A stretch of 63,040 nucleotides of DNA, the filler included, from Reticulomyxa filosa (Eukaryota; Protista; Foraminifera): the NCBI GenBank assembly GCA_000512085.1. It is 23 parts of 23 records of this genome, joined end to end, with 100 filler letters (N's around TTAATTAATTAA, not from the genome) between each part and the next. Parts side by side here need not be neighbours in the genome. Positions count along the whole stretch, not along the records: positions 10,143 to 11,913 come from ASPP01007515.1; positions 12,014 to 17,861 come from ASPP01012387.1; positions 17,962 to 22,787 come from ASPP01006582.1; positions 22,888 to 23,932 come from ASPP01003484.1; positions 24,033 to 25,520 come from ASPP01007819.1; 18 more parts are not named here. The stretch is one strand, 5' to 3'. This document shows, one piece after another, positions 11,001 to 24,203 of this stretch (the first letter of the stretch is position 1; every line of letters begins with the position of its first letter). The notes beneath the pieces were generated by a model. It saw only the letters and a program-made list of their open reading frames with translations, was not told where the DNA came from and made no database searches. The position numbers and the translations under genes are program-made.

Positions 11001-12964
11001 ACTTGCACTATTTGTTTGTAAAACACATTTTTTCTCACACGACCAACTTCATCTCTCGATCTCGCCGTTCTAAATAATATTTCTTCTTTTCCTCTTTTTT
11101 TTGAGCGATTCATAAGCTTCATTGAATTTTCTCGATCAGATTGCAAATATTATTTTACACACTTTGCTTTTCTTTTCTAAAAACTATGTATATTATCGAT
11201 ACAAGTGTTCCAAAGACGTGTACTTTTAACATTTGCAAATATGTTTAACGTGCAAGAGAAAATATATAACATAATCGCTACTTTTCGTAAAGGTTTTGCT
11301 GGAATGACAATGAATTTTTTTTTTTACGAAGAATTACACATAATCAACTGAATAGCACAATGGAGACACGTAATCGTTTTCAGCATCAAAAAGAAAAACA
11401 GCAGAGCCAAAGAAAATACGCTTTTCTATATTGACCTCTCAAAAACAGTATATGGACTACTTCAGACAAAGGGAGTCATTTTCAGTGGACGGCGTGGAGA
11501 GTTTCATTGCAGTTATATGTTTCTGCCAATGACATATGGCATTTTCTGTGATCAAGGCGAGGCAAAGAATAAGAGAAAAGGGGGGGGGGGGGGGGGTAAA
11601 AAAAACTATTGGTGATGGGCATGACCTTTGGATTTGAATGAACAAAAGCAGAGTGTTTGAACCTGACGTGATAACCCATCAGTTTGACTTTACAAAATGG
11701 ACAATGCTCAAAGTTGAGGATGCACAGAAACAAAAACAACCAACAAACCATTCAACAATAGCAAATGAACAAGGGATTTGGAATGGGTTAAATATATAGA
11801 TGTTCTTTTCAGCAGCGGGGACCTCATCACTTTGTTTCGCAATGATGTATTACTGGGCCCCAATGGTAAGTCAATTATACAAAAACAGTAATTTCAAACA
11901 TAAATAAATATATNNNNNNNNNNNNNNNNNNNNNNNNNNNNNNNNNNNNNNNNNNNNTTAATTAATTAANNNNNNNNNNNNNNNNNNNNNNNNNNNNNNN
12001 NNNNNNNNNNNNNAAAAAAAAAAACAAAAAAACAAAAAAAAACGTTTGTTTTCAATCACTGTCTTCTCTCTCTCTTTTTTTTTTAACATTTGTGCATTGA
12101 ATCTCCCTTTTTTTTTTTTTTTTTTTTGGTGACACTTATCATAACTGTTGTTCTTAGATTTTTTTTCCTTTTTCTTTTTTTTTTCCCCCTCCTCTTCTCC
12201 TTTCCCCTCCTCCCCCCTCCTTCTTCCTCTTCCGTTCATCTTTTTTCACTAGACTGCACGACAATGCACGGAAAAGAAAATGAGACACACATCTAACAAA
12301 CGCATTCCATGTGTTTCCCAAAGGAATCTGCTTTTTTTTTTTAATGCAGCGTTTTGTAGCACATACACACATTTGTAATTGAAATTGTGTTTCTTACAAT
12401 GTTCGCCAACTATTCCTACATTTAAATACTAACTAGAACAATGAAACAGTTTGGTGCTTGTTTTCACCCGGTTTTTTTTTTTTTGCAATTTGAAACCTCT
12501 CCTTTTTTCTTTCTTTAAAAAATAGATACAACATTCTCTGAAGAACACGCCTCCAAGAAAAAAACAGCAATTAATTTTAACATCCTGTTTATTAAATGTT
12601 TCAATAGTTTATGGCCGATAGTTATGACATGAAATATTACAATTATCAACAAAATTAATACGGTGTGTCCACGTCAAAAGAGACGTAATTTTTTCTGGGT
12701 CCCTCGTCACAGTAAAAAGAATTTCGAAGTTGGACATATCAATACTATATTTAAGATTTATCAACACTCTATTTAGTGGGAGGAAGAAAGAGCATTGAAA
12801 TAAAACAATGATGTTTTCAGTTGGGTGGTGCTGTTGCACTCGAGGGATTAGTGCCCTCGCAAAAAAAAAAAAAAAGAACAATATTAACCTCCCTTCCTCT
12901 GAAATGTGACACATTTCCAAAGAGATAAAAAAAAAAAAAAAAATGAGATCAGAAAACTGGAAGT

Positions 12965-13337
12965 TTGAAAACAATTCCTCGTGTGAAAGAAAAGGAGCAG
13001 GGATTGCCAGCCGCGACAACGTTATCTAGTATGCGTCCATATTCAAGCAGTCAATTAAACGAGAAAAAAAAAAAGAGTCAATGCGATAGAGTCCGCACGT
13101 GTAGCAAGAACAAGTTGGCGGAAGAATGTACTACCGCGCTTGCAAAGAGGAAGAAGCATGAGAGAGGATCGAAAGCGGTACCTGGAAGAAGAAGAACAAG
13201 AAGAGAATGAAGAAGAGGATGAAAATGATAATGAGGAGGAAATAGAAATAGATATAGAAGAGGAAGAAGAAGAAGAAGAAGAAGGATATGGAATGAAGAA
13301 GTATCCTCCATTGAATAGTTGGATATATAATAATAAC

Positions 13338-13371
<34 letters not shown>

Positions 13372-14047
13372 GTAGTGGTGTATATGACGAAGAGTCTCGA
13401 GGCGACGCAGGACGGTCTTATGAAAACAAATCAAGTGGAGGGTATAGCAGATCGAAATTGAAATCAGCCCCACCTCCTTCATATACACATTCTTCTTGTT
13501 ATCACCCGCCTTTCTATTTACCTTGTTCTCATCCTCATTCTTCCTGTTCTCCTCATCCCCATTGTTCTCCTTATCTCTCGTGTCCATCTCATTCCTCCAG
13601 CTCCGTCTATTCTCACTTGCATTCCACTTGTCCCCACTCACACTCTCACTCACCTCCACATCCACATCCATATCTCTGTCCATCCTATTCATCTCATTCT
13701 CAATCCCATTCTTCCTATCCTCTTCCTTGTTGTCATGTCCCTCGTTCCGTCTGTGATGGACATGAACATGCACAGGGATATGGACATGCGCATGCGCATG
13801 CAAAATCACATGAACATGAACATGAACATGAACATGAACATGAACATGGGCAGAGACAAGGACATGTGGCCAACTCTGCGACAGCACCACATCCAAATGA
13901 CAAACACGATGCTTATGCAGATACCCATCAGTCAAGTCATCACCATTCCAAATCCAATCACCATCCCTTTCATTCCTTTGCCGAATCTACTGAGCAAGAA
14001 TACGCTCAAAATTATATTAGGTTGCAATTACTTTTTCTGTGTATATC

Positions 14048-14093
<46 letters not shown>

Positions 14094-15762
14094 GAATTAA
14101 TAAGAGTGTATTTATGTTTGAAAAGAATTTATTTTCAAAAGTGAATTGAACAAATAAAACAAAACAAAAAAAGACACAACCAAGTGAGTGAAGACTCACA
14201 ATTGACCTCAGAAAATGAGGAGACGTTCGACATCGACAGCAGTGGTTGTGAAGACACTGCGTCATTGAAGAATGAGCCAATGGACGTAATGCAAAATGGT
14301 AAAGTGCTTAATGCTGCCACTATTTCTACCGCTGGTGCTTGCGTTTCCACAGCCGGTGCTATCACTGCTGTCAACATACATCCAATCACAAATTCAAACA
14401 CAAACACAAATGCAAATGCAAATACAAATGCAAATACAAATGCAAATACAAATGCAAATGCAATTGCAAATGCAAACTCAAATTCAAATTCAAACTCAAA
14501 TTTAAACTCAAATGCAAATGCAAATGTAAATACAATCCTAAATCCAAATTCTAATCTAAATTCTAATCCAAATTCTAATCCAAATTCTAATCCAAATTCT
14601 AATTCAAACTCTAACTCAATTTCTAATTTAAATTTAAACTCCAATTTTAACCCTAATGTGAATTCTAATGCAAATTCAAGTTCCAATGCTAATGTCAATG
14701 CCAATGCCAATTCCAATTCAAATACACACATAAATCCAAATGCAAGTGCAAATCCGGGTGTCAATGCAAGTGCAACTGCGATGTTGGAAGCAAAAGCGAG
14801 AGCAACAATATCCACAACAGTCGCTGGTGCTGCTATGGGCTCCGGTCTTTGTTCCTCTGCTTTGGATATGAGTGGATCGGAGCAACGGTTTCACTCTCAT
14901 TGGAGTCACAAACGCGCCAATCCGAACATAGTGACAGACCATGCGTGGTCTCATCAAAAAGATGCACTTCATCTCCTGTCCAATGGCAATGTCCCAAAGA
15001 CTAATGATTTGTCAGTGCTCTCTTTCTATTGACTTTTGACTCTTCAAAATTTTCTCAACAATGTGACAGTTATGATATTTGTGTTGTGTGTGTTTCTACA
15101 GTTCATTATCTCAGCCGCGGGCCCCTCGGTCTGTTCATCAGTCACAATTTTCAAGAGAAGATGTCATGAGCAATTGGACAAATACTAGTTGTTATGAGCC
15201 GTTTCACTTCCCAATGAAATCTCAAACCCAGCCGTTGAGCAATTTTGACTACGATGTACATTATAGAAGCGCAGAGGTAAGATGAAAAGGTTTTCAAAAA
15301 AAAAAAAAAAAAAAAAAAGGTCTTTTTAACAAACTTTTTTTTTTTTCAATTATATATACATAATATATAAACATAAAAATAAAGAGTGAGAAAAATCGAG
15401 AAGAAATGGCTTACATGAAAAAATGGTTTCAAACAATGGGATTAAAATTAGATAGTCTGCAAGCAGATGTGGCGTCAACCAAGTCGTATGTCAAGTCCAA
15501 ATTGAAACAACTTTTCCACTCGTTGTCTGAGCACAGACAAAACTGGGAAGTTGATAGAACTCAAATAAGCATTTGTTGTTTTGTTGTTGGTTTTTTTTTT
15601 TTTTTCCACTTGCATATACGTATACATATATATACAATATATATTGTATATATATATGTATACGTTGACGTACATGCGTGAATATAAAAAATGAATCAAA
15701 TGAACAAACAAATAGCTTTTAAAAAAAATAAAGAATGAGGCAAGCGTTCAAGATGGCAGTGG

Positions 15763-15797
<35 letters not shown>

Positions 15798-16143
15798 TCT
15801 TACCATTGTCAACGAATTGGATGGAAGAGCACATAAAGAAGCTAGAGAGCAAAAACGAACGCACCAGAAAAAATCTGGAGCAGCTGAGTCTGCGCATATC
15901 GATATTGTCGCAACGCAACTCAGACTCGATGGTATTCTTTAAGAAAGTGGAATCATTGATGGAGTCGACATCACAGCAGACCTCTTGTCGGGCCTTGTCA
16001 CCGCCAAAGTTGACAAGGTCACGGAGCCACTTCATTCCAGATAAGCATCATCCAGCGCTTCCAAAGACGACTTTCATGCCACATTCGAGCGTGTATCCGT
16101 CGTGTCTATCGGCCTTGCGTGATGTATCCACATCACCAGCAAT

Positions 16144-16181
<38 letters not shown>

Positions 16182-17823
16182 AAACAGAAACAGGAATAGC
16201 AACGGCAATGACAAAAAAGGAGGAAGAGAGTCATCGACATAACCAGCTACAAACTCCATTTGCAGAAATGGTGAAGCTCGAGGAAAAGCAAAAGTGTTGG
16301 GAAAAAGACCAGGCGAGTTGTCGTCAAAAAAAAGGATTTGAACGTGACTCGCAAGGATTGGTACATGAGATGATCAATGAGCGGCCTTGTTCCACCAACG
16401 AACAGGCTACCCAAACCGAGTTGCAACAAATTCCCATTGTTACCACAACAACAACAGCAGCAGCAGCAGCAACAGCAACAACAACAGCAGATATAACAGC
16501 AACAGCAACAACAACAACAAAACAACAATGAATACCACAAATACAGTTACAACTGCAAACGTAGCCATGGCTGTCCCAAAGCCCATCCAATTGTGTGCAG
16601 ATTGCAATCGCGATATCTATACTATTGCACCGCAACACGGTTATCCGCTGCAACAACTTGGAGCCTTGGAAGAGGAGGAGGACTCCACGTCCCTGACTCC
16701 TCAGTCGACTGTGGGTGCCCAAGATCAACAGCTGGATCTTGAGCAACATACTGAAGAAAAAGCGCAGTTGCAACAGCAACAGCAACAGCAACAGCAACAA
16801 CAACAACTACTACTACTACAATTACAACTACAACAACAACATAAAGTGGAATCGGACGATGACAGCACCACTCCGATACCGAATGAAGATTTTGCTTCGC
16901 TACGGAGAAAGGGGTACATCGATGTTAAGTTTGCGCCAAGAGACTCTCGGAATGAAGAACTAGCACCTGGAACAAATGAGACAAGTCGGGGTAGTTCTAG
17001 TTCCACTTCGAGTGGTAGTAAGAGCATTGGGTCTTCATCTTCGTCATCATCATCTTCTTCATCTTCTTCTTCTTCTTCTTCTTCTTCGTCGTCGTCCTCG
17101 TCGTCGTCTTCCTCGTTTTCCATGAATCCAGTGGTCTTGCAGCAACTGTCCAAGGTCGTTCGAAAGCCCATCTCGAGTGCCAATCCAGACGATGACCAAA
17201 GTCAACATTCCAATATCAATGTCAGCACTAATGTCAATGCAAATACCAATATCAACAATGCCAATATCAACAATGCCAATATCAACAGTGCCAATACCAA
17301 TACTAATGTCAATTCAAATGCAAAGCAGTGCCAATGTCCATGCACTTGTCAATATCAAAATCAAACTCGCAGTCGCCTGAGTGACAAGGCGGACACAAGC
17401 AACAGCGACAAATCCCGAATGCGCGACAACAGCATTGACATCGGTGGTATGGACCACTGTTCCACCATGATCCCGTATGAGCAAGTGCCTCACACGACTC
17501 GCTTGAATGGTAGTGTGTGTGGACAATGAATGGTAATAGCAATGGCAATGACAAAAGCAAAGGCAATAAGAATAATAGCAAAGGCAATAAGAATAATAGC
17601 AATAGCAATAGCAATAGCAATAGCAATAGCAATAGCAATAGCAATAGAAATGGAAGTGGAAATGGACAAGAACACGAACACGAACAAAGCAAAAAAGATC
17701 AGCACAAGATAAATGAGTCATACGATGCCAAAGATAACTCGCAAGCATCAATAGGAATGAGTTATCCAACAATGCATGTGAAGGAATATAACCACAACAA
17801 TAAAAATGAAGAAGACGAAGATA

Positions 17824-17861
<38 letters not shown>
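12965..17861 (+). CDS. Large multi-exon low-complexity protein (poly-E/N/Q/S, HE and AN repeats, coiled coil)
   Basis: Chain of long plus-strand ORFs (13140, 14184, 15079, 15406, 15806, 16387, 17517) separated by AT-rich intron-like gaps or frame switches. No folded domain recognised. Confidence 0.5.
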
Positions 17862-17961
17862 NNNNNNNNNNNNNNNNNNNNNNNNNNNNNNNNNNNNNNN
17901 NNNNNTTAATTAATTAANNNNNNNNNNNNNNNNNNNNNNNNNNNNNNNNNNNNNNNNNNNN

Positions 17962-20900
17962 TTATTATCATTATCATCGTTATCATTATTTTCTTCTTCT
18001 TCTTCTTCTTTTTGACTGTTGTCGAGCCATTGGAATTGACTCACACAAACAATGCAGTCATACAAACGACTGTAATCCACAGATACACTCGTCATCGACG
18101 TCGTCTTCGTGTCGAAGCTGTCGAGTATGCTCGATATATCCTTGTGCACTTCACGCACAAAGTCAAACACTTTGCCAATCGTTTGGCGGTAACATCTTTC
18201 TGTCCTTTCTTTCACCGCTTTCATCCTTCGAAGGCTGTTCATCATCGATATCATCTCTTTCACCTCGTCCGCTGCTCGCTGCTTCTGCTTCTCAAACACT
18301 GTCGTTAGCTTGTCGCCAATGTCCTCAAAGTATTCCACCACTTCCTTCACTAACGACACGTACATCTCTTTTGTCTTTTTCGTCAGCCACGCAGAGTCGC
18401 AGGGTGAGGCAAACGTAAGTGACGCTTCGGAGAGAATACCAGCCACTGTTTCCAAAAGGCTCACGTCTGTTTGGTCGAGTTTTTCAATGTCCCGAATGGG
18501 GGCATGTTGTTGTTGATGATGACTATGATGATGATGATGATAATGTTTAATGTTTTTTTCATCTTCTTTTGGTTCATCTTTTCTCAGATTGTTGGGCCCC
18601 CGTTTTGTGGCCTTATTCAACACGGCATGTCCTTCATCAAAAACATGATGCTGGAGATAATGCAGCAACTCGGTTTCTAAATCAGAAAGCTTCTGCTTGA
18701 CATCGACAGAAGGACACAGATGACGCTGAAGAGACACCATCTTTGTCATTGTTTCCAATTGCTTCCGAAGCTCTGGAAATGTATGCTTTGGAATGCATTC
18801 CTTGGCTTCGGACATGCACTGTGCAAGTTGCGCGTGCAGTTTTTGGCAAATCTCATTGTAAAAAGGATCGAATTCGGGGAAGTATGCTTGCACTTGTGCA
18901 AGGTTGTCTAATTGCAATGTCAAACTGCTGACATTGCTCATTTGCAGCTGAGTGGCATGAATATCACGAATTATCGTATCTATTTGTTCGTGTAAATTTC
19001 GGTTCAAAGGAAAAACAAAAGATATTTCCTCCCCTTTTTTTTCTGTTTCTTGCACGTGCGCCATGAACACATTTGCAGAGGCACGTGCAGCGACGACGGC
19101 GTCTCGATAGGTTATCACATTGTCCTTGCACAGTGCATGTGACGCGATAGCCTTATTGAAACTGAGCCTTGCACGCTCGCACGTTTGACTCCATTCTTTG
19201 TCAGCTTGCGCACACACGCGGAGTACTCAGTGTGAATGGACGGAAGTGGCAAGAGTTCATCCAAAGCGGCGAGTTGATCCAACATTGTTTTTGCGACAGT
19301 GTAGTGTCCACTTTGGAAAGCGCGAAAAATGGAGTCCTTTTGTTTGTACAGCTGCATGTGAACAGCAGATTTGGAGGCATCGGAGAGAAAGGGATGAAAC
19401 ACCCCCTTTGGATTTTGTATAAAGCCTCTGACGTCGGCAAATTGCTCGAGCAAGTCATTTGGTGAGTCCTTCAATGGGTCGGGTGCAAGGACTTGCACTT
19501 TCGTTTTCCTGGCAATATCTTGCAGTACAGCTCTGGCTCCAATCTCGAGTTCGGAGGAGTCATGACCACCACAGCGACTCGTCACAAGCCCCTTCATCCA
19601 TGCATGCATGTACGATCTTTGATCGGCGGGCACTTTGGTGAATACGTACGAGAATGCACTGAGGTAGTTTTCGATGGAGGGCACAATGGCCGCCAACGTG
19701 CGAGCCAAGGCCTTGATATTGTTCATTCGATGTCCAAAGGCAATGTAGCTGATTAGCACGACAGGTTTGACGCTTTTGCAAGTTTGGAGTGCCTTGACGA
19801 TACCGACTCCATTGGCAACTTCGACCTCAGTTCCGCCGGTATCTTCAAATCCAGGGGTATCACAAAGCACAATGTTTCTTGTTTTCGTCCCTGCAAACAC
19901 CTCCATTGCATGCAGGTCAATCGGTACTGCTGTTATATGTTTCGTCTCCGACATCGCACGTGCACTGGTCACAATCTTACGTACTGCCTCGTTCTTCACT
20001 TTCATCACTCCAATGTGTGGCTTTCCATCCACGACTTGTCTCTCCATCGTGGAGCCGGCCAAAAAATGCACGAGCGTCGATTTCCCACTTCCGGTGCCTC
20101 CAAGAAACAATAGCACGTTTTCGCCTTGCATTGCACTTGCCTCTCCCTCTGCTTTTTTTACCAACTCCAACATCAGAGCTATATCAAAGTACTCTTTTTC
20201 TTGCACTTGACGTGGAACAGATACCACTGGCTCCAAAGCTTTACTTCGATGTGGAGTCCATATCTTTTCGTCCGAGTCCGATGTGTTTCCCCTTTTTTTA
20301 TACCCTCCTTGCTCTTTGTGATACTGACTCCGTTTTGCTACTTGCACTCGGAGACACCATATGCCACTCTCTGTGTTGTCATAGCGATCACTCCAAACTA
20401 TTCGCAACTCCTCCCCACTCCCAATTACATACTTTTGTCCCTCATCTTGCAAATATTCGTTATCAGCATCATACAGTCCTACGAATTGCTTCAAGTCTTC
20501 CCAATGCCTCCCCCAGTCCTCTTTTGCACACTCCTCGCGAAAATTTGGAGTGGCTGCTTTTTTTGGACACCAAGTCATTTGCGTCTTTTCTCTTGCGATT
20601 TCCAAACATCTCTTTGTTTTTGTTTTTTTTTTTATGCTGATACAAGTGGATTTGTTTTTTTAAAAAATAATAATAATAATAAAAAGATAGAGCCCGTACG
20701 TAACCATTTTTAGCACGAAGAAGTTTGTCGTTTTATTCATGGCGAGATTGTTCCAAAGACGAAGCAAGTCCTTACCATTGCCAAGTTGCTCGTCTGTGTT
20801 GTCGCTCTTTACCAAAACAAATGATGATGTGGTTGTCAAATGGAATGCCTCTTTGATTGTACGTAATAATTCGTTCCAGTTGTCCTGTATAGCACTTTCT

Positions 20901-20985
20901 TCCATTCTTCCATCTTCTTTTATATCAGTGCCTTTAAATATTGCTTTTTTATCTCCATTGAACTCAATTACAATATACTTGTCCT
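17962..20985 (-). CDS. Large P-loop GTPase (TRAFAC; AIG1/septin/MMR_HSR1-like) with duplicated N-terminal domain and long helical region; 3'-partial, one frameshift near 19200
   Basis: G1 LFLGGTGSGKSTL, G2-like SET, G3 LCDTPG, G4-like FTK. ORFs 20660..20905, 19115..20605 and 17910..19217 join through one intron and one single-base indel. Confidence 0.8.
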
Positions 20986-21836
20986 TTTTTTTTGTTTAAA
21001 TTAAAAAATCCGACTCCAATTTATTTACTTTAGGCTCTTTCCTGAAGATTGACAAATAAAAATAATCAAACCAGCTTGATATATTTTCGGAAATGAGCTA
21101 CAAAAATGAAATGATATATTTGAAAAAAAAAGGGGTAGCCGACCCCTTGCTGTATATTCTCTGCTGACAGAAACAAAGTCTTCGTTTGTTCAATTTTTTT
21201 TTTTTAAATAAGTTACTAGTATTTTCTTGCAAAGTTGGGAATTTTGTTTGTGCTGAAGGACATACTTTAGCAACCATAATTGACGGTGACAAAAATCTCT
21301 AAAACGAATCACTATAAACATTTGCAATTTTATTTATGAAAAATTAACATTTTAAACTTTGTTTAAATGTATCTGCTTATAAAAACATAAAATAAGCCGA
21401 GTAATGCAAACTTTAATTTTCTTAAAAGTGAAGAAAAACATTAATGATTTTTCATGGTTTTCAGACTTTTATTAAAATCCAAGTACATTTTTAGATCACC
21501 TGGATATGGCAGATATCATTCTACAAACATTTTGAATTTTTCATGATAAAATTGCAAGTGTTGTTAAGAGTTCATTTTAGAAATCTTTTTTGTGATGATT
21601 GTGCTTCTTTTATTTCTCAAAAAGATTTTTCTCGTATTGGAAATATGGAAAGCACTGCATGAGACTAAAAAATTTTGTGTAAGCCAAAAACAAAAATCAA
21701 CTACTTTTTGTATTGATATTCCTATACAAGGGAAAACGGCTCAAGTTCTCTGCCCAAGTCACTCCATTTGTGTTTTTTTTTTTAAAAAAAAAAATAAAAT
21801 CAAGTGGATAAATTTCGAAATTACAATATGTAGTTC

Positions 21837-22742
21837 TTACAAGCGTTCCCATATTCGAATAGTCTTATCTTTGGAAGCTGACACAATTGTATTGCCATCT
21901 GGTGAAATATCCAATAATGTTATGTCACGAGTATGCTTTTTCAATATCTGTGTTTCCATTTTCACTCTCACGTCCCAAAGGTAAATCGCTGAACCCGAAC
22001 ATGACACAATAGTTTTACCATCAGGTGAAAAGAGTACGTAATTGACTCTACAATTATCTCCTTGTGCTATATCCTCTGCTACGTTTGATCCTACATCCCA
22101 AATCCGAAAACTGCTTTCATTTGCGCAAGAGACAATGGATTGCAAATCTGGAGAAAATTGAGCATAAACAACACGGCTTGAATGACCAACAAATTCTTTG
22201 ATTTTCTCTCCGGATCGGGCATCAGAGATAATAAAGACAGTGGAAGGAGGATTGGAAGATATAGTGGAAAAGCATATTTGACCGTTTGAAGAAAAATGTA
22301 TATCGTGAATATTCGTATTGCGTTCAATTTTTGAAAGCATTTGCCCCGATTTCACATCCCAAATACGTATTGTGTTGTCCTTTGAAATGGACAAGATATT
22401 TTTTCCATCGGCTGAAAATTGACTGGCTCTGACCTTGGAAGAATGTCCAGTCAATGTTTTTATCTCTTTTCCTGATTGCACATCCCATAATCGAATTGTA
22501 TTATCTGCTGAACATGACACAATCATATTACCATCCGGAGAAAACTGAGCCCCTTTGACTTTGTTTGTATGCCCTTCCAATTGTTTACACGTTGATTGAT
22601 CTTCCATGTTTTCTGCAATTTGCCATATTTGAACGGTGCCATCGTCCAAAGCTGACACAATTTTATGACCATCTGGTGAAAATTTTACACAATTTATTTT
22701 AGAATGAACAGATAATTTCCTCAATGGCTTGAAATATTTTAC
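21837..22742 (-). CDS. WD40-repeat protein, 5'-partial
   Basis: About 7 repeats of GH..V..AQFSPDG..IVSCS.D.TIRLWD. Confidence 0.93.
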   Translation of the reverse strand, partial: VKYFKPLRKLSVHSKINCVKFSPDGHKIVSALDDGTVQIWQIAENMEDQSTCKQLEGHTNKVKGAQFSPDGNMIVSCSADNTIRLWDVQSGKEIKTLTGHSSKVRASQFSADGKNILSISKDNTIRIWDVKSGQMLSKIERNTNIHDIHFSSNGQICFSTISSNPPSTVFIISDARSGEKIKEFVGHSSRVVYAQFSPDLQSIVSCANESSFRIWDVGSNVAEDIAQGDNCRVNYVLFSPDGKTIVSCSGSAIYLWDVRVKMETQILKKHTRDITLLDISPDGNTIVSASKDKTIRIWERL

Positions 22743-22743
22743 C

Positions 22744-22783
<40 letters not shown>

Positions 22784-22887
22784 TTTTNNNNNNNNNNNNN
22801 NNNNNNNNNNNNNNNNNNNNNNNNNNNNNNNTTAATTAATTAANNNNNNNNNNNNNNNNNNNNNNNNNNNNNNNNNNNNNNNNNNNN

Positions 22888-23908
22888 TCGACGTGGTGGT
22901 TGATGTGATGAGTGTAGACGAGACTTTAGACTCGATATTTCGATGATGATGATGTTGATGATGAGAACTAGCAGAATCAACGGAAAGGTGATGACGCTCT
23001 TTCAATCTTTCTTTGTGAAATGACGGTTGTCGTTTGTCCGACGAAACAACAGTGGTGGCCTTGGTCGGACCTGCGTGAGCATGGTCATAGCCAGTTGCAG
23101 CATGTGCCTTAGTGCGATTTTGGAGAAGTGCCATGAGTGCGGACAACATGCCCATTTGGTAGCAACTCACTTTGATTTGAATGTGATTCTTCACCAATAT
23201 ATCTGCCATCAGTAATGGGCCGAGAGCACCGACCCCTCCTCCCGAATGATGCTCCGTTCCGACATTGGCATTCAAGTCTTCCGACGTGGGTTTATTGTGA
23301 TGAAGTGAGTGTGTCTTGTCTTTGTCGCTGCCTTGACTATGTGATGATCTTTGTCCATCCGACTTGTTCGAGCGGATCGATCGTCCCGACAAACCCGACG
23401 ATATCGACAAGGTCTCCAAGATGGCCGATGACAATGGCTTCTTTTTACTGCTATTACTGTTGTTGCTACTGCTACTGCTACTGCTACTGCTACTGCTACT
23501 GCTACTGCTACTGCTGTTGATGTTCTTGTTCGTATCTTCCGCTGACATATGGTCGCCATCGACTGGTGTGTCTCCCAACAAAAGTGCATGGAGATAGCCT
23601 CTCATTCGAATTTCGATTGACGTGGGCTGCAACAGACGCTCTTCGGCCATCTCAGGCTTCAGACAGTCCAAATACACTGACATGCGGTCGATGGTCACAA
23701 TGCGATGCCATAATTTCCATGGAGTCAGGTACTCCATCCAGGGGATGCTATGCCAGTTTGGATCGCACGCGTGCGATTGAATATTCTCCACTGACACCTC
23801 CACGCCATATTTACCCACTTGATCTTCCAATCGCAGCTTCAAATTCGTTATTTTCAATTTCACGTTTGCTGCCACTCGGAGGAGCAATGGTGCTAATGTC
23901 CAATCCAT
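22888..23908 (-). CDS. VPS13 (chorein)-family N-terminal region, internal fragment
   Basis: RVAANVKLKITNLKLRLED..VEVSVENIQSHACDPNW..HRIVTIDRMSVYLD..LLQPTSIEIRM follows the VPS13 N-terminal pattern. Confidence 0.7.
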
Positions 23909-24032
23909 TATGTGTGTACTACTACTACTACTNNNNNNNNNNNNNNNNNNNNNNNNNNNNNNNNNNNNNNNNNNNNTTAATTAATTAANNNNNNNNNNNN
24001 NNNNNNNNNNNNNNNNNNNNNNNNNNNNNNNN

Positions 24033-24071
<39 letters not shown>

Positions 24072-24203
24072 AAAACATGCACTTCAAAATATGACAATAA
24101 TAATAACAATAAATAAATAAATATATGTATATATATGTGTATATATGTGTATATATTTATTATTAATTATTAATTATTATCAATAATTAATAAAATTAAA
24201 CAG

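Noticed and set aside
14135-17772. Long antisense ORFs with poly-C/L/FA/YC tracts
   Set aside because: Shadows of sense-strand microsatellites that lack stop codons; no domain content.
19185-19217. Programmed ribosomal frameshifting in the GTPase (and in DMXL near 35900, 37845 and 38865)
   Set aside because: Most shifts fall in short A-runs or simple repeats and are repaired by one base; there is no shared slippery or stop motif. Homopolymer sequencing errors are more likely.
21131-21147. GC hairpin AGGGGTAGCCGACCCCT as a terminator or Helitron end
   Set aside because: Short single occurrence in a eukaryote, with no CTRR end or convincing second copy.
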